NCBI GenBank assembly: GCA_043803245.1
Contig: JAZDKE010000011.1
Coordinates: 1-60,064 of the forward strand
Reading direction: 5' to 3'
DNA from: Chloroflexota bacterium
GTDB taxonomy: Bacteria > Chloroflexota > Dehalococcoidia > Dehalococcoidales > SURF-40
DNA length: 60,064 nucleotides
The position numbers were made by a program, and so were the translations under genes. The notes below the pieces were generated by a model. It was not told the origin of the DNA, made no database searches, and saw only the letters and a list, made by a program, of their open reading frames with translations. Shown here piece by piece: positions 28,500-39,913 of this stretch (its first letter is position 1; each line of letters begins with the position of its first letter).

Positions 28500-28898
28500 A
28501 TGGTAATTTCAGACCAAATTGCCGATATGTTGACCCGGATACGCAACGCCGGTATGGCCCGGCACGATTACACGATGATACCCTCTTCCAAGACGAAACT
28601 GGCAATCATCAAGATTCTCAAGGAAGAAGGCTTCATCCAGGACTACGAAGTGCTCCGGGACAAAGCACAGCGGGTAATCAAAGCCCACTTGCGCTTCGAC
28701 GAGAAAAACCAGCCGTTTATTTCCGGCATCGAGCGCGTCTCGAAGCCCGGCCTGCGGATTTATGCTAAAAACCGGGAAATCCCCCGGGTCTACGGCGGCC
28801 TGGGTATCGCCATCGTCTCAACCCCAAAGGGGATAATGACCGGCCACCGGGCTTACCAGCAGGAAATGGGCGGCGAATTACTATGTTACGTCTGGTAG
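28500..28898 (+). CDS. rpsH: 30S ribosomal protein S8
   Basis: [13 protein letters not shown] motif. Confidence 0.95.
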   Translation: MVISDQIADMLTRIRNAGMARHDYTMIPSSKTKLAIIKILKEEGFIQDYEVLRDKAQRVIKAHLRFDEKNQPFISGIERVSKPGLRIYAKNREIPRVYGGLGIAIVSTPKGIMTGHRAYQQEMGGELLCYVW

Positions 28899-28908
28899 GG
28901 GAATAACC

Positions 28909-29460
28909 ATGTCCAGAGTGGGGAAAAAGCCAATCAAGATACCGGACGGCGTCAAAATTGCCGTCCAGGGTGCGCAGGTGACCGTGACCGGTCCCAAAGG
29001 TGATCTCAAGCGCTCCCTGAACCGGGATATGGTCATCGAGCAGGCCGAGGGCACGCTCACCGTCTCGCGGCCAAGCGACTCGAAAGCACACCTCTCGATG
29101 CACGGCCTGACCAGAACGTTAGTGGCCAACATGGTCGAGGGCGTGACCAACGGCTTCCAGAAATACCTCGATATCGTGGGAGTTGGTTTCCGCGCGGAAC
29201 AGAAGGGGACCGAGCTGGCATTGCGCCTGGGCTTCTCCCACACGGTCACGGTAACTCCGCTGCCCGGCATCACGCTGGCCGCGGAGACCCCCAACCGCAT
29301 CAAGGTAAGCGGCATCAACCGGGAAACGGTTGGCGAGATGGCCGCCGAAATCCGGGCTATCCGGCCCCCGGACGCCTACAAGGGTAAAGGCATCCGCTAC
29401 GCCGGAGAACTGGTCCGGCTAAAACCGGGTAAAGCCGGCAAGGCCATCGGTAAAAAGTAG
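28909..29460 (+). CDS. rplF: 50S ribosomal protein L6
   Basis: MSRVGKKPIKIPDGV N-terminus. Confidence 0.95.
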   Translation: MSRVGKKPIKIPDGVKIAVQGAQVTVTGPKGDLKRSLNRDMVIEQAEGTLTVSRPSDSKAHLSMHGLTRTLVANMVEGVTNGFQKYLDIVGVGFRAEQKGTELALRLGFSHTVTVTPLPGITLAAETPNRIKVSGINRETVGEMAAEIRAIRPPDAYKGKGIRYAGELVRLKPGKAGKAIGKK

Positions 29461-29473
29461 GTGAAAAGTTTTC

Positions 29474-29839
29474 ATGACCATCGTTAACTACCGGCAAGCA
29501 CGCTTAAAGAGGCACGAGCGGGTCCGGCTCAAGGTCTCGGGTACGCCCGAGCGGCCGCGCCTGTGCGTCTTCCGCAGCCTGAACCATATTTACGCTCAGG
29601 TGATTGACGACACCCGGGGACACACCCTGGCCGCCGCCTCCTCGCTCGAACCCGAAATCACGGAGCCGGGCCAAAAAAAGACCAAGCAGGCCGAGGCGGA
29701 AAAGGTCGGGGCGCTGGTGGGTAAGCGGGCCAAAGAAAACGGCATCAAAGAACTGGTGTTCGACCGCGGCGGCTACCAGTACCACGGCCGTATCAAAGCA
29801 CTGGCCGAGGCTGTCCGCAAGGCAGGCTTGAAATTCTGA
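29474..29839 (+). CDS. rplR: 50S ribosomal protein L18
   Basis: [38 protein letters not shown]. Confidence 0.95.
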   Translation: MTIVNYRQARLKRHERVRLKVSGTPERPRLCVFRSLNHIYAQVIDDTRGHTLAAASSLEPEITEPGQKKTKQAEAEKVGALVGKRAKENGIKELVFDRGGYQYHGRIKALAEAVRKAGLKF

Positions 29840-29864
29840 TTTTATTAAATGGAACGATGATAAA

Positions 29865-30380
29865 GTGATAAAACAAAAAATTGACCCGACGCAACTGACG
29901 CTAAGCGACAAACTGATTTACATCAACCGTGTCTCCAAGGTGGTCAAGGGCGGCAAGCGGATGAGCTTCAGCGCCCTGGTTGCGGTTGGGGACGGTAAGG
30001 GCCACGTTGGCGTGGGACTGGGCAAGGCCAAGGAGGTGCCCACCGCCATCGCCAAGGCCAGCGCCGAGGCCAAAAAGAACCTGATAGAGGTGCCTTTCAA
30101 GAACACTACCATACCGCACGAGATAACCGTGAAGTACGGGGCGGCCAGGGTCCTCTTGAAACCGGCGGCGCCCGGTGTCGGCCTGATTGCCGGTGGCAGC
30201 GTCCGGTCCGTACTGGAAATCGCCGGAATCAAAGACATCGTCACCAAGTCACTGGGCTCAAGCAACCGGACCAACGCCGCCCGGGCTACGATACTGGCCT
30301 TGAGCCGGCTCCGAATGCCCGAGGATGCTCTGGCCCGGCGCAAGCGCAGCCCGGAGAGCAAGGGGGGAGCCGGTGGTTAA
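29865..30380 (+). CDS. rpsE: 30S ribosomal protein S5
   Basis: GTG start. [39 protein letters not shown]. Confidence 0.95.
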   Translation: MIKQKIDPTQLTLSDKLIYINRVSKVVKGGKRMSFSALVAVGDGKGHVGVGLGKAKEVPTAIAKASAEAKKNLIEVPFKNTTIPHEITVKYGAARVLLKPAAPGVGLIAGGSVRSVLEIAGIKDIVTKSLGSSNRTNAARATILALSRLRMPEDALARRKRSPESKGGAGG

Positions 30381-30555
30381 ATTAGCGGTGACCTTGCAAA
30401 AAAGCGGCATCGGCTACGCCGAGGACCAAAAAAGGACCCTGCGGGCGCTGGGACTGCGGCGCTTGAACCAGCAGGTGATTCACAAAGACAGCTCCGCACT
30501 CAGAGGCATGATTAACAAAGTGAGACACCTGGTCAAAGTGGAGGAAGCTAAATGA
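30373..30555 (+). CDS. rpmD: 50S ribosomal protein L30
   Basis: GTG 30373 after [38 protein letters not shown]. The ORF-track start 30325 is an upstream extension. Confidence 0.88.
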   Translation: MVKLAVTLQKSGIGYAEDQKRTLRALGLRRLNQQVIHKDSSALRGMINKVRHLVKVEEAK

Positions 30556-31019
30556 CCCGGCAGGACGAGTTGCACCCCGCCCCCGGAGCGGTGAAAAATC
30601 GCAAACGAGTCGGCCGGGGTGATGCCAGCGGCCACGGCTCCTATTCAGGCCGGGGCCAAAAAGGCCAGAAAGCCCGTTCCGGCGGGAAAGTGAGGCCCGG
30701 CTTTGAAGGCGGCCAGTTGCCGCTTATCAAGCGACTGCCCCGCAAACGCGGTTTCACCAACATTTTCCGCATTGAGTACCAGGTGGTCAACGTCAAGCAG
30801 CTTGGCGTCTTCGAGGCCAAAAGTGAAGTTACCCCCGGGACGCTGCTTGGCCGGGGACTGGTCAAGTCAAGTCACAAGCCGGTTAAAATCCTGGCCAGCG
30901 GCGAGTTGAAACAGCCACTTACGGTAACAGCCCACAAATTCTCGGCGGCGGCCAAGAGCAAAATCGAAGCCGCCGGGGGGAAAGTGGCGGAGGTAGCCCT
31001 TGCAAGCCAGACAGACTAG
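30552..31019 (+). CDS. rplO: 50S ribosomal protein L15
   Basis: [26 protein letters not shown] motif. Confidence 0.95.
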   Translation: MTRQDELHPAPGAVKNRKRVGRGDASGHGSYSGRGQKGQKARSGGKVRPGFEGGQLPLIKRLPRKRGFTNIFRIEYQVVNVKQLGVFEAKSEVTPGTLLGRGLVKSSHKPVKILASGELKQPLTVTAHKFSAAAKSKIEAAGGKVAEVALASQTD

Positions 31020-32316
31020 GCCGCGCCTGCTCCAGGCCCTCATCGATGCTTTCAGCCTGCCCGACCTGAGACGCCGCATTCTGGTTACGGTCGGCATCCT
31101 GGTCGTTTTCCGCTTCATCGCGCACGTGCCGCTACCGAACGTCGACCTCGAAGCCCTGCGGCAACTCTTCGCCAGCAACCAGCTCCTGGGCATGCTCGAC
31201 CTCTTCAGCGGCGGCGCTATGAAAAATATGAGCGTGGCGGCGATGGGAGTCTATCCCTACATCACCGCCTCCATCATCATGCAGCTTCTGGTGCCGGTTA
31301 TCCCCCGCCTTCAGGCTATGGCCAAGGAGGGTGAGAGCGGCCGTCACCGCATCAACCTGATAACACACTGGTTGGTGGTGCCCCTGGCCGGTCTCCAGGG
31401 CTACTCACAGTTGATTATTCTCCAGAGGGAAGGTATCCTGGACAGCGTTTCTGCCCTGCCTATGGTCACCATGGTAATTTCTCTGATTGCAGGCACCATC
31501 TTCCTGGTCTGGCTGGGCGAACTGATTACGAGCTACGGCATCGGCAACGGCATTTCCATCATCATCTTCGGCGGCATCGTGGCCAGCCTGCCGGAACTGG
31601 TCGGACGCGGTGGTATCCAGTTGAGCACCAACTGGCTGGGGGTCTTTTTCTACGTCGCCATCGCGCTACTTACCACCGCCTTTATCGTCATTTTCACCGA
31701 GGCCCACCGGCGCATACCCGTGCAGTACTCCCGCAGCGTCTTCCGCGGCGGCCGCATGTACCGGCAGTCCGGGGCGACCCACATCCCGCTGCGTGTCAAC
31801 ACCTCCGGCATGATTCCCCTCATCTTCGCCATGTCGGTGGTCCTCTTCCCGAGCCTGGTCGCCAGCTATTTCGCGGCGGCACAGGGAGCTTCGCCGAACT
31901 TTGCCAACCACATCGTGAATGTCCTTAATCCCGGTGCCAGCCTGCCCCTGGGCATGGTCTACTGGGGACTATATTTTATACTGGTAATCGGCTTTGCCTT
32001 TTTCTACACCACGGTCATCTTCCAGCAACAGGACCTGCCCAACGTGCTGCAGAAGCAGGGCGGCTTCATCCCGGGTATCCGCCCGGGTAAGAACACCGCC
32101 AGTTACCTTAACAGCGTCATCCTCCATCTCACCTGGGCCGGCGCCCTCTTCCTGGCGGCGGTGGCGGTGCTGCCCTTTATCATCCGCGAGGTGACCGGCG
32201 TTGACCTCCAGTTATCCAGCCTGGGCATGATTATCGTGGTCGGGGTGGTGCTGGATACCATGAAGCAGATGGAAGCGCAGCTGGTAATGCGCCGCTACGA
32301 GGGCTTCATCAAGTAA
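31000..32316 (+). CDS. secY: preprotein translocase subunit SecY
   Basis: Multi-TM protein. [43 protein letters not shown] start is uncertain by a few codons. Confidence 0.93.
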   Translation: MQARQTRPRLLQALIDAFSLPDLRRRILVTVGILVVFRFIAHVPLPNVDLEALRQLFASNQLLGMLDLFSGGAMKNMSVAAMGVYPYITASIIMQLLVPVIPRLQAMAKEGESGRHRINLITHWLVVPLAGLQGYSQLIILQREGILDSVSALPMVTMVISLIAGTIFLVWLGELITSYGIGNGISIIIFGGIVASLPELVGRGGIQLSTNWLGVFFYVAIALLTTAFIVIFTEAHRRIPVQYSRSVFRGGRMYRQSGATHIPLRVNTSGMIPLIFAMSVVLFPSLVASYFAAAQGASPNFANHIVNVLNPGASLPLGMVYWGLYFILVIGFAFFYTTVIFQQQDLPNVLQKQGGFIPGIRPGKNTASYLNSVILHLTWAGALFLAAVAVLPFIIREVTGVDLQLSSLGMIIVVGVVLDTMKQMEAQLVMRRYEGFIK

Positions 32317-32340
32317 TTTCCAGGAGGGGTATTTTAGAGA

Positions 32341-32997
32341 TTGTACCTGGTCTTTCTGGGTGCCCCCGGCGCGGGCAAAGGGACACAGGCGGCCAGTGTC
32401 GCTGGCAAGCTGGGCCTTGAGCACATCGCCTCCGGAAACCTGTTCCGCAGTGCCCTTGATAAAGGCACCGGGCTGGGGCTCAGGGCTAAAGAGTATATGG
32501 CCAGGGGAAAACTGGTACCGGACGAAATAACCATCAGGATGGTGCTGGAGCGCGTCTCCGCACCCGACTGCCGGAAGGGCATCATCCTGGACGGCTTCCC
32601 CCGGAACCTGGAACAGGCCCAGGCACTGGACAAAGCGCTTAAAGCGCGGGGGGAGGCAATTGATAAGGCAGTTTATATCAAGGTGAGCGAGGAGGAATTA
32701 ATCAGGCGTCTCGGGGGGCGGTGGGTCTGCCGCAACTGCCAGACGCCCTATCACCTCACCAGTTCCCCGCCAAAGGTAGCGGGGGTGTGCGATAAGTGCG
32801 GCGGGGAGCTTTACCAGCGACCCGATGACACGCCGGCCACGGTGAAAAACCGGCTCAAGGTCTATTTCGAACAGACGGCGCCCCTGATAGGCCACTACTC
32901 CCGGGCGGGCAAGCTGCTGGAGGTGGCCGGCGAGGGCAACCCGGCCGAGGTGAGCCGGCGAATCATCTCGGCCATTGACAAGTCCAGAACACGATGA
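32341..32997 (+). CDS. adk: adenylate kinase (zinc-lid type)
   Basis: P-loop FLGAPGAGKGTQ. Lid CRNC...CDKCGG. TTG start. Confidence 0.93.
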   Translation: MYLVFLGAPGAGKGTQAASVAGKLGLEHIASGNLFRSALDKGTGLGLRAKEYMARGKLVPDEITIRMVLERVSAPDCRKGIILDGFPRNLEQAQALDKALKARGEAIDKAVYIKVSEEELIRRLGGRWVCRNCQTPYHLTSSPPKVAGVCDKCGGELYQRPDDTPATVKNRLKVYFEQTAPLIGHYSRAGKLLEVAGEGNPAEVSRRIISAIDKSRTR

Positions 32998-33743
32998 GCA
33001 TAATTATTAAATCCGAAAGAGAAATCGGAGCGATGAGGCAGGCAGGCAAGATTGTGGCCACGGTACTGGAGAAGCTGAGGGAGGCTTTAAAGCCGGGTTT
33101 GAAGACCAGTGAGCTTGATGAAATGGCCTTAAGCGAGCTGGCGAGGCTGGGGGGGCGGTCGTCCTTCAAGGGCTACCGCGGCTTCCCCGCCCACCTCTGC
33201 GTGAGCATCAACGACGAACTGGTCCACGGCATCCCCGGCGAGCGGTTCGTCCGAGAAGGCGACCTGGTCTCCCTTGACTTCGGTGCGATTTACCGGAATT
33301 TTCACGGCGACGCCGCCATCACCGTAGGCGTGGGCGAAATCAGCCCCGGGTCCAGAGAACTAATGACCGCCACCGAAAATGCGCTTGAGGCCGGTATCGC
33401 GGCCGCCCGCTGCGGGGCCAGGCTGGGCGACGTCTCGGCGGCCATTCAGGACTACGCCGAGGCCAGGGGCTTTGCCGTGGTTCGGGAGTACACCGGGCAC
33501 GGCATCGGACGCCAGATGCACGAAGAACCGCAGATACCAAATTTCGGCGAGCCAAACACTGGCCCGGAGCTGAAAAAAGGCATGACGCTGGCCCTTGAGC
33601 CGATGTTAACCGCCGGCGACTGGCGGACAAAAGTGGCCAGCGACGGCTGGACGGTCAGCACCGCCGATGGCACGTTATGCGCCCATTTCGAGCATACCCT
33701 GGCCATTACCAACGGCCAGCCAGAGGTGCTGACACGATGCTGA
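32994..33743 (+). CDS. map: type I methionine aminopeptidase
   Basis: Metal ligand context DLVSLDFGAIYRNFHGD, TGHGIG, EPMLT, HFEHT. Confidence 0.93.
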   Translation: MSIIIKSEREIGAMRQAGKIVATVLEKLREALKPGLKTSELDEMALSELARLGGRSSFKGYRGFPAHLCVSINDELVHGIPGERFVREGDLVSLDFGAIYRNFHGDAAITVGVGEISPGSRELMTATENALEAGIAAARCGARLGDVSAAIQDYAEARGFAVVREYTGHGIGRQMHEEPQIPNFGEPNTGPELKKGMTLALEPMLTAGDWRTKVASDGWTVSTADGTLCAHFEHTLAITNGQPEVLTRC

Positions 33744-33760
33744 GAAGATTATTATAAATT

Positions 33761-33979
33761 ATGCCCAAGAAAGATTCTATCGAGGTCGAGGGAACCGTGC
33801 TTGAGGCTTTGCCCAATGCCATGTTCAAAGTCGAGCTGCCCAACGGCCACCAGGTGCTGGGGCACATCTCGGGTAAGATGCGACTGCACTATATTAAAAT
33901 CGTGCCGGGTGATAAGGTGCTGATTGAGCTATCGCCCTACGACCTTAGCCGCGGTAGGATTACCTACCGTATGAAATAG
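33761..33979 (+). CDS. infA: translation initiation factor IF-1
   Basis: [39 protein letters not shown]. Confidence 0.95.
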   Translation: MPKKDSIEVEGTVLEALPNAMFKVELPNGHQVLGHISGKMRLHYIKIVPGDKVLIELSPYDLSRGRITYRMK

Positions 33980-33989
33980 TGAGGCGGAG

Positions 33990-34103
33990 ATGAAGGTTAG
34001 AGCTTCGGTCAAAACAAGATGCGAAAAGTGCAAGGTAATCAAGAGGCGTGGTGTGGTCAGGGTGATTTGCACCAACCCCAAACACAAGCAGCGACAGGGC
34101 TAA
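33990..34103 (+). CDS. rpmJ: 50S ribosomal protein L36 (37 aa, below ORF-track cutoff)
   Basis: ATG 33990 after [46 protein letters not shown]. Stop TAA at 34101-34103. Confidence 0.92.
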   Translation: MKVRASVKTRCEKCKVIKRRGVVRVICTNPKHKQRQG

Positions 34104-34125
34104 AGCTAGTTGTGAGGAGGCATTA

Positions 34126-34515
34126 ATGCCGCGTATCGCCGGGGTGGATATCCCCAACGACAAACAGGTCTGGGTCTCACTGCAATATATCTACGGCATC
34201 GGCCGTACCCGGAGCCACCAGGTGCTGGAGAGGCTGGGTATCAGTCCCGAGATAAGGGTCCGCGACCTCTCGGAAGATGAGATAAACCGCATCCGGGAGG
34301 TAGTGGACAAAGAATATACCATCGAGGGCGACCTGAGAAAAGAAGTCGACCTTAATATCAAGCGTCTCATCGAGATTGGCAGTTACCGGGGAATGCGACA
34401 CCGCCGCAGCCTGCCGGTCCACGGACAGCGAACCCGCACGAACGCCCGCACCAGGCGCGGCTCGAGGAAGACGGTCGCCGGCCGTGGCCAGAAGCGCGGC
34501 TCAACCAAGAAGTAG
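34126..34515 (+). CDS. rpsM: 30S ribosomal protein S13
   Basis: [15 protein letters not shown]...[10 protein letters not shown]. Confidence 0.95.
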   Translation: MPRIAGVDIPNDKQVWVSLQYIYGIGRTRSHQVLERLGISPEIRVRDLSEDEINRIREVVDKEYTIEGDLRKEVDLNIKRLIEIGSYRGMRHRRSLPVHGQRTRTNARTRRGSRKTVAGRGQKRGSTKK

Positions 34516-34551
34516 TTACCGGGCGGACTAAAGCCGCCGATAGGAGGTAAA

Positions 34552-34938
34552 ATGGCAGGGAAACCAGCCAGAAAACGTAGGGAACGTAAGCAAATACCGG
34601 TCGGCCGGGCTTACGCCCAGTCGACCTTTAACAATACCATTGTCACCATTACCGACCCCCAGGGCAACGTTATCGCCTGGGGCAGTGCCGGCACCGCCGG
34701 TTTCAAAGGCTCGCGCAAAGGCACGCCCTACGCCGCCCAGATGGCGGCCCGGGACGCGGCCCGCAAAGCCATGGAGCAGGGGCTGCGCCAGGTGGACATT
34801 TACGTGAAAGGACCGGGCAGCGGCCGGGAGGCGGCCATACGCTCCCTCCAAAGCTCCGGCCTCCATATCACCAGCATCAAAGATGTGACGCCCATCCCGC
34901 ACGCGGGTTGCCGTCCTCCCAAGAAAAGACGAGTGTAA
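34552..34938 (+). CDS. rpsK: 30S ribosomal protein S11
   Basis: [38 protein letters not shown]. Confidence 0.95.
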   Translation: MAGKPARKRRERKQIPVGRAYAQSTFNNTIVTITDPQGNVIAWGSAGTAGFKGSRKGTPYAAQMAARDAARKAMEQGLRQVDIYVKGPGSGREAAIRSLQSSGLHITSIKDVTPIPHAGCRPPKKRRV

Positions 34939-34947
34939 GGAAGGAAT

Positions 34948-35577
34948 ATGGCGAGATACACTGGACCAGTCTGCCGTTTGTGCCGTCGTAGCGGCGAGAA
35001 GCTGATGCTCAAGGGCGACCGCTGTTTCACCCCCAAGTGCGCCGTTGACCGTCGCAACCGGCCACCGGGCGCGCAGAAGACCAGCCGCTTCCGCCGGCTC
35101 TCTGACCGGGGGTTACAGCTCAGGGAAAAGCAGAAGACGCGCTACGTCTACGGTATGCTTGAAAGACAGTTCCGGCGGTTCTTCGATACCTCCGTAAAGC
35201 AGGCAGGCATCACGGCCGATAACCTGCTGGTCATGCTGGAAAGGCGGCTGGACAATGTTGTGCTGCGCTTGGGTTTTGCCGACTCGCTTTCCCAGGCCCG
35301 GCAACTGGTTGGGCACGGGCATCTCCTGCTCAACGGACACAAGACCGACGTCCCTTCAATCACGGTCAAAGAAGGCGATGTAATCAGCTGGCGCGAGGGC
35401 AGCACCAAGACCGAGTACTATAAAACGCTGGCGAAGACGATTGAGTCCAAAACAGTGGCCCCGTGGCTTAAGCTGGACAAGCAAAATCTCAGTGGCCAGG
35501 TAATAAGCCTGCCGACGCCGGAAGACGTCGGCACCAAGTTTGTAGGCAAGAACATCGTCGAATACTACTCACGCTAG
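34948..35577 (+). CDS. rpsD: 30S ribosomal protein S4
   Basis: MARYTGPVCRLCRRSGEKLMLKGDRC; S4 domain RLDNVVLRLGFA. Confidence 0.95.
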   Translation: MARYTGPVCRLCRRSGEKLMLKGDRCFTPKCAVDRRNRPPGAQKTSRFRRLSDRGLQLREKQKTRYVYGMLERQFRRFFDTSVKQAGITADNLLVMLERRLDNVVLRLGFADSLSQARQLVGHGHLLLNGHKTDVPSITVKEGDVISWREGSTKTEYYKTLAKTIESKTVAPWLKLDKQNLSGQVISLPTPEDVGTKFVGKNIVEYYSR

Positions 35578-35601
35578 GAAAGCCGGAAAAAGGAGATAAT
35601 T

Positions 35602-36612
35602 TTGTCTCGTTTAGTCGTGGCGAAAATCGAATGCGCTGATAGCCAAAAGAACTACGGGCGCTTTGTCGCCGAACCGATGGAAAAAGGCTTCGGTATCACC
35701 CTGGGGAACACCCTGCGGCGAGTGCTCCTGAGTTACCTGCTGGGCGCGGCTATCACCAAGGTTACCATCGACACAATTCTGCACGAGTTTTCTACCATAC
35801 CTCACGTCAAGGAAGACACCATCGAGTTCCTGCTCAATATCAAGGCGATAAGGCTGAAGGCACTGGCCGCCCGGTCGGGGAAGCTCTACTTGAGCAAAGA
35901 AGGTGAGGGGCCGGTCTATGCCGGTGACATCACCCCCTCGACCGACTTTGAAATCCCCAATCCCGAGCTCTACCTGGCAACCCTTAACTCGCCGGAAGCC
36001 AAACTGAACGTCGAGTTCGACGTGGAGCTGGGCACCGGCTACCAGCCGGCGGAGGCTAACAACAATTTGCCCATCGGCACCATCCCGCTGGACGCGGTCT
36101 TCACGCCGGTACGCAAGGTCAACTACACCATTACGCCCGTCCACATCGGCCAGGAGACCAGCCGTGAACGGCTGCAGCTGGAAATCTGGACCGACGGCAC
36201 GATTACGCCCGAGGAAGCCTTGAGCGAAAGCGCCAAAATACTAACGGAACAAATCCAGCCTTTCATCGAGTTCCCACAGGTCTCCCGGATGAAGACCGAT
36301 GAAGAACAGCGCCGCCTCAAGATTCCCAACGAGCAGTACAATATGCCCGTCGAACAGCTCGACCTCTCGGTACGCACCATGAACTGTCTGCGGCGCGCCG
36401 GTATCACCACCGTGGGCGAACTGGTGAGCAAGGGCGAAAAGGAACTGCTCTCGCTGCGTAACTTCGGCCAGAAATCGAAGGAGGAGCTGGAGGAACGCCT
36501 GGCGGTAATAGGCCTCTCGCTTACGATGGGCCAAGAAGCCGGGACGGAAACCACCGGGGACGAAAACCCGCCAGACGCCGCCGGGGAATCCGGCGAGGCG
36601 GAAGACGCCTAG
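35602..36612 (+). CDS. rpoA: DNA-directed RNA polymerase subunit alpha
   Basis: TTG start after AAAGGAG. GFGITLGNTLRRVLLS. C-terminal domain LDLSVRTMNCLRRAGITTVGELV. Confidence 0.95.
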   Translation: MSRLVVAKIECADSQKNYGRFVAEPMEKGFGITLGNTLRRVLLSYLLGAAITKVTIDTILHEFSTIPHVKEDTIEFLLNIKAIRLKALAARSGKLYLSKEGEGPVYAGDITPSTDFEIPNPELYLATLNSPEAKLNVEFDVELGTGYQPAEANNNLPIGTIPLDAVFTPVRKVNYTITPVHIGQETSRERLQLEIWTDGTITPEEALSESAKILTEQIQPFIEFPQVSRMKTDEEQRRLKIPNEQYNMPVEQLDLSVRTMNCLRRAGITTVGELVSKGEKELLSLRNFGQKSKEELEERLAVIGLSLTMGQEAGTETTGDENPPDAAGESGEAEDA

Positions 36613-36661
36613 ATTTCTAAAGGAGAGGAGGCGGGGGAAACGCTCCCCTTGATATAATCCG

Positions 36662-37015
36662 ATGAGTCACCAAGTCGCCGGCAGAAAACTGGACCGTCCC
36701 ACCGGGCAGCGGCGGGCTTTATACCGCAACCAGGTGACCGCCCTGCTGGAGCACGGCAAGATTGTCACCACCGAGGCCAAGGCCAAGGAAGTGCGGGGAT
36801 TTGCCGAAAAGATGATTACCCTGGGCAAAGCCGGCACTCTTGCGGCACGTCGCCAGGCACTCGGCTTCATTATTGGTAAAAAGGTCGTAGATAAGTTATT
36901 CGGCACGCTGGCCCCCAAGTACGTGTCACGGGCCGGTGGCTACACGCGCATCATCAAGCTGGGACCAAGGCTCGGCGACGGTGCCCCCATGGTACGGCTT
37001 GAACTGGTTGAATAA
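36662..37015 (+). CDS. rplQ: 50S ribosomal protein L17
   Basis: [39 protein letters not shown]. Confidence 0.93.
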   Translation: MSHQVAGRKLDRPTGQRRALYRNQVTALLEHGKIVTTEAKAKEVRGFAEKMITLGKAGTLAARRQALGFIIGKKVVDKLFGTLAPKYVSRAGGYTRIIKLGPRLGDGAPMVRLELVE

Positions 37016-37017
37016 AG

Positions 37018-37794
37018 GTGGCGGGCAAGCTGCGGCTGGTGCTGGAATACCAGGGCACCAACTACCAGGGCTTTCAAGCGCAGAAAGAGGCCCCCACCAT
37101 CCAGGGCGAACTGGAAAAAGCACTTTACCAGCTTACTAAGGAAAATATCAGGGTCAGCGGCGCTAGCCGCACCGATAGCGGCGTTCACGCCCGGGGACAG
37201 GTGGTCGCTTTCCGTACCCGGTCGGCACTGGGGCCGGCCGCTTTCGTAAGCGGCTTAAACCATTACCTGCCGGCCGATATCGCGGTAAGAGAAGCGAACC
37301 GGGTAAGCGAGACCTTCAATCCCAGGCGCGATGCCCGCAGCCGCGAGTACCGTTATCTGGTCTTAAACCGTGCCACCCGGTCGCCGCGGTTAAAAGAAAA
37401 CGCTTACCTGGTACGCGGCAGCCTTGATATCCCGGCGATGAACCGGGCCGCCGCCCGTCTGATTGGCGAGCACGATTTCGCCGCCTTCGCCAGCCAGCTC
37501 GAGGCGAAAACTAAGTGCACGGTGCGAAGGGTGTACCGGGCGGAGATAACCAGGCAAGGGGACATGGTCATTTTCTATATGACGGCCAGTTCCTTCCTGC
37601 CGCACCAAGTGCGTAACACCATGGGCAGCCTGCTGCGGGTAGGCCAGGGCAAGATGACGCTCGAAGATTTTTATAGTATAATGGAGAATAAAATACCAGG
37701 CCGGGCCGGGCCAGCCGCGCCTGCCTGCGGTCTTTGCCTGATAAGGGTAAACTACGGCGAGCAATACGAGGTAAATGTTGATGAAAACCTATAG
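37018..37794 (+). CDS. truA: tRNA pseudouridine(38-40) synthase TruA
   Basis: GTG start. [27 protein letters not shown] catalytic Asp motif. Confidence 0.9.
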   Translation: MAGKLRLVLEYQGTNYQGFQAQKEAPTIQGELEKALYQLTKENIRVSGASRTDSGVHARGQVVAFRTRSALGPAAFVSGLNHYLPADIAVREANRVSETFNPRRDARSREYRYLVLNRATRSPRLKENAYLVRGSLDIPAMNRAAARLIGEHDFAAFASQLEAKTKCTVRRVYRAEITRQGDMVIFYMTASSFLPHQVRNTMGSLLRVGQGKMTLEDFYSIMENKIPGRAGPAAPACGLCLIRVNYGEQYEVNVDENL

Positions 37795-38194
37795 CACCAC
37801 ACCCGCCGATTTCAAGCGGCACCAGCACGTCATCGATGCCAAAGACCAGGTGCTGGGACGGCTGGCCACCCAGACCGCCAACCTGCTGATGGGCAAGCAC
37901 AAGCCCATCTTCGCCCGCCATCTGGACACCGGCGACTTCGTGGTCATCACCAACGCCGAAAAAATCCGGGTTACCGGCAACAAGGTCAAAGGAAAGCTCT
38001 ACTACCGCCACTCCGGCTATCCCGGCGGTTTCAAAACCACTAACTTTGAAAAGATGATGCAGTTACACCCCACCCGCGTTATCGAAAAGGCGGTGCGGGG
38101 AATGTTGCCCCATAACCATCTCGGGGACCGCATGATTAAGAAACTGAAAGTTTATCCCGCAAGCTTCCCCGCAAAATCTCAAGGTCAGGAGTAA
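37781..38194 (+). CDS. rplM: 50S ribosomal protein L13
   Basis: [29 protein letters not shown]. The in-frame ATG at 37775 (ORF track) is an alternative start. Confidence 0.93.
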   Translation: MKTYSTTPADFKRHQHVIDAKDQVLGRLATQTANLLMGKHKPIFARHLDTGDFVVITNAEKIRVTGNKVKGKLYYRHSGYPGGFKTTNFEKMMQLHPTRVIEKAVRGMLPHNHLGDRMIKKLKVYPASFPAKSQGQE

Positions 38195-38200
38195 GGTCTT

Positions 38201-38596
38201 TTGGAAAAGCAAGGTTATTTCAGCGGTACCGGCCGGCGCAAGACGGCAGTAGCTCAGGTAAAACTGTTCCCCGGCGGCGGCGCCATCGTGGTGAACGGCA
38301 AGCCCTATGAAGAGCGGTTCCCCCGCATGGAACACCGGCGGCTAATTATTCAGCCGATGCTGGTTACCGAAAACACCGGTAAGTACAACGCGGTGGTCAA
38401 GGTGAGCGGCAGCGGTGTTACCGGCCAGAGCGGCGCCATCTCCCACGGCATCGCCCGCGCCCTGGCCAAAGCCGACGAAAGCTTAAAACCACGCCTACGC
38501 CAGTTCGGCCTGCTGACCCGGGACGCCAGAGTTAAAGAGAGAAAGAAGCCCGGTCTCAAGCGGGCACGTAAGGCACCGCAGTACACCAAGCGGTAA
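38201..38596 (+). CDS. rpsI: 30S ribosomal protein S9
   Basis: TTG start. GTGRRKTAVAQVKL...; ends RKAPQYTKR. Confidence 0.95.
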   Translation: MEKQGYFSGTGRRKTAVAQVKLFPGGGAIVVNGKPYEERFPRMEHRRLIIQPMLVTENTGKYNAVVKVSGSGVTGQSGAISHGIARALAKADESLKPRLRQFGLLTRDARVKERKKPGLKRARKAPQYTKR

Positions 38597-38702
38597 AGTG
38601 CCTGGCAGCAGGATAGCGTGACAATGAGCGTTTTTAAGCGATTTGCCCGAAACCGGTCATTTCCGCTAGAATACATGTAGCACCGTTGTTTCGAGGTTTG
38701 CC

Positions 38703-38927
38703 ATGCCGATATACGAATACCAGTGTCCGGACTGTAAACAAGTTTTTGAAAAAAAGCAGGGCTTCGCCGATGCTGCCTGTGCCGAGTGCCCCGGTTGTCA
38801 AAAAAAAGCCAGGCGCATCTTCCGACCGGTACCCATCATCTTCAAAGGCAGCGGCTTTTACGTTACCGACCACGGTAAGCCGTCCACCCCCGAAAAGAGC
38901 CAGGAGACCGCCAAAAAGGGGAAATAG
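38703..38927 (+). CDS. FmdB-family zinc-ribbon protein (CxxC_CxxC_SSSS)
   Basis: MPIYEYQCPDCKQVFE...CPGC...GSGFYVTD pattern. Confidence 0.8.
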   Translation: MPIYEYQCPDCKQVFEKKQGFADAACAECPGCQKKARRIFRPVPIIFKGSGFYVTDHGKPSTPEKSQETAKKGK

Positions 38928-38930
38928 GTT

Positions 38931-39389
<459 letters not shown>

Positions 39390-39500
39390 GAAAATAGCTA
39401 AAGCCTGAAGCAATTGTCCCCGCTGCCCGGACGCGGTATCATTAACGCGAAATGCTACCGGTTGCGCTAACGCCGTAAATCTCTTTACGAAGGGGGCATC

Positions 39501-39719
39501 ATGGCTAACGATGAGAAAGCCAAACTGAGAAGCCTGCTCGGCTACTGGCTGGAGCACAACCAGGCGCACCGCCAGGAATTCCAGGAGTGGGCTACAAAGG
39601 CACGGGCAATGGGAGAGGCCACCGCCAGCGAGGCGATGCTTACCGCCGCCCGTGAGATGGAACCGGTAAACCGCGCCCTGTCACGGGCCTTAAAGAGCCT
39701 GGTGAAAGAGGAGAACTAA
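39501..39719 (+). CDS. small helical hypothetical protein (72 aa), translationally adjacent to the CooT-like gene
   Basis: AAGGGGG SD. GC3-rich codons. Stop lies 2 nt before the next ATG. Confidence 0.55.
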   Translation: MANDEKAKLRSLLGYWLEHNQAHRQEFQEWATKARAMGEATASEAMLTAAREMEPVNRALSRALKSLVKEEN

Positions 39720-39721
39720 CG

Positions 39722-39913
39722 ATGTGTCTTTCGCGGGCATACCTTGAGACCAACGGTAAGAGCGAGCTGCTCATGGCGGAGATTACCAGGGTAGAAATCG
39801 CCGGCGACCGGCTCATCCTGAAAGACCTCTTCGGCCAGCAAAAAGAAATCGGGGGCAGGCTCAAAGTAGTTGATTTTGTGGCCAACACCATGCTCGTGGA
39901 AAAGGTGCTATAG
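39722..39913 (+). CDS. CooT-family nickel-binding protein candidate
   Basis: 63 aa starting MCLSRAYLE. N-terminal Met-Cys and small beta-rich size, as in the CooT family. Confidence 0.55.
   Translation: MCLSRAYLETNGKSELLMAEITRVEIAGDRLILKDLFGQQKEIGGRLKVVDFVANTMLVEKVL

Noticed and set aside
36621-36661. TATAAT (36653-36658) and a distant AAGGAGAGGAGG before rplQ, as an internal promoter or unusual RBS
   Set aside because: The TATAAT ends 3 nt before the ATG, too close to be a promoter for this start. The SD-like run is 30 nt upstream. This is not enough evidence for a regulatory claim.
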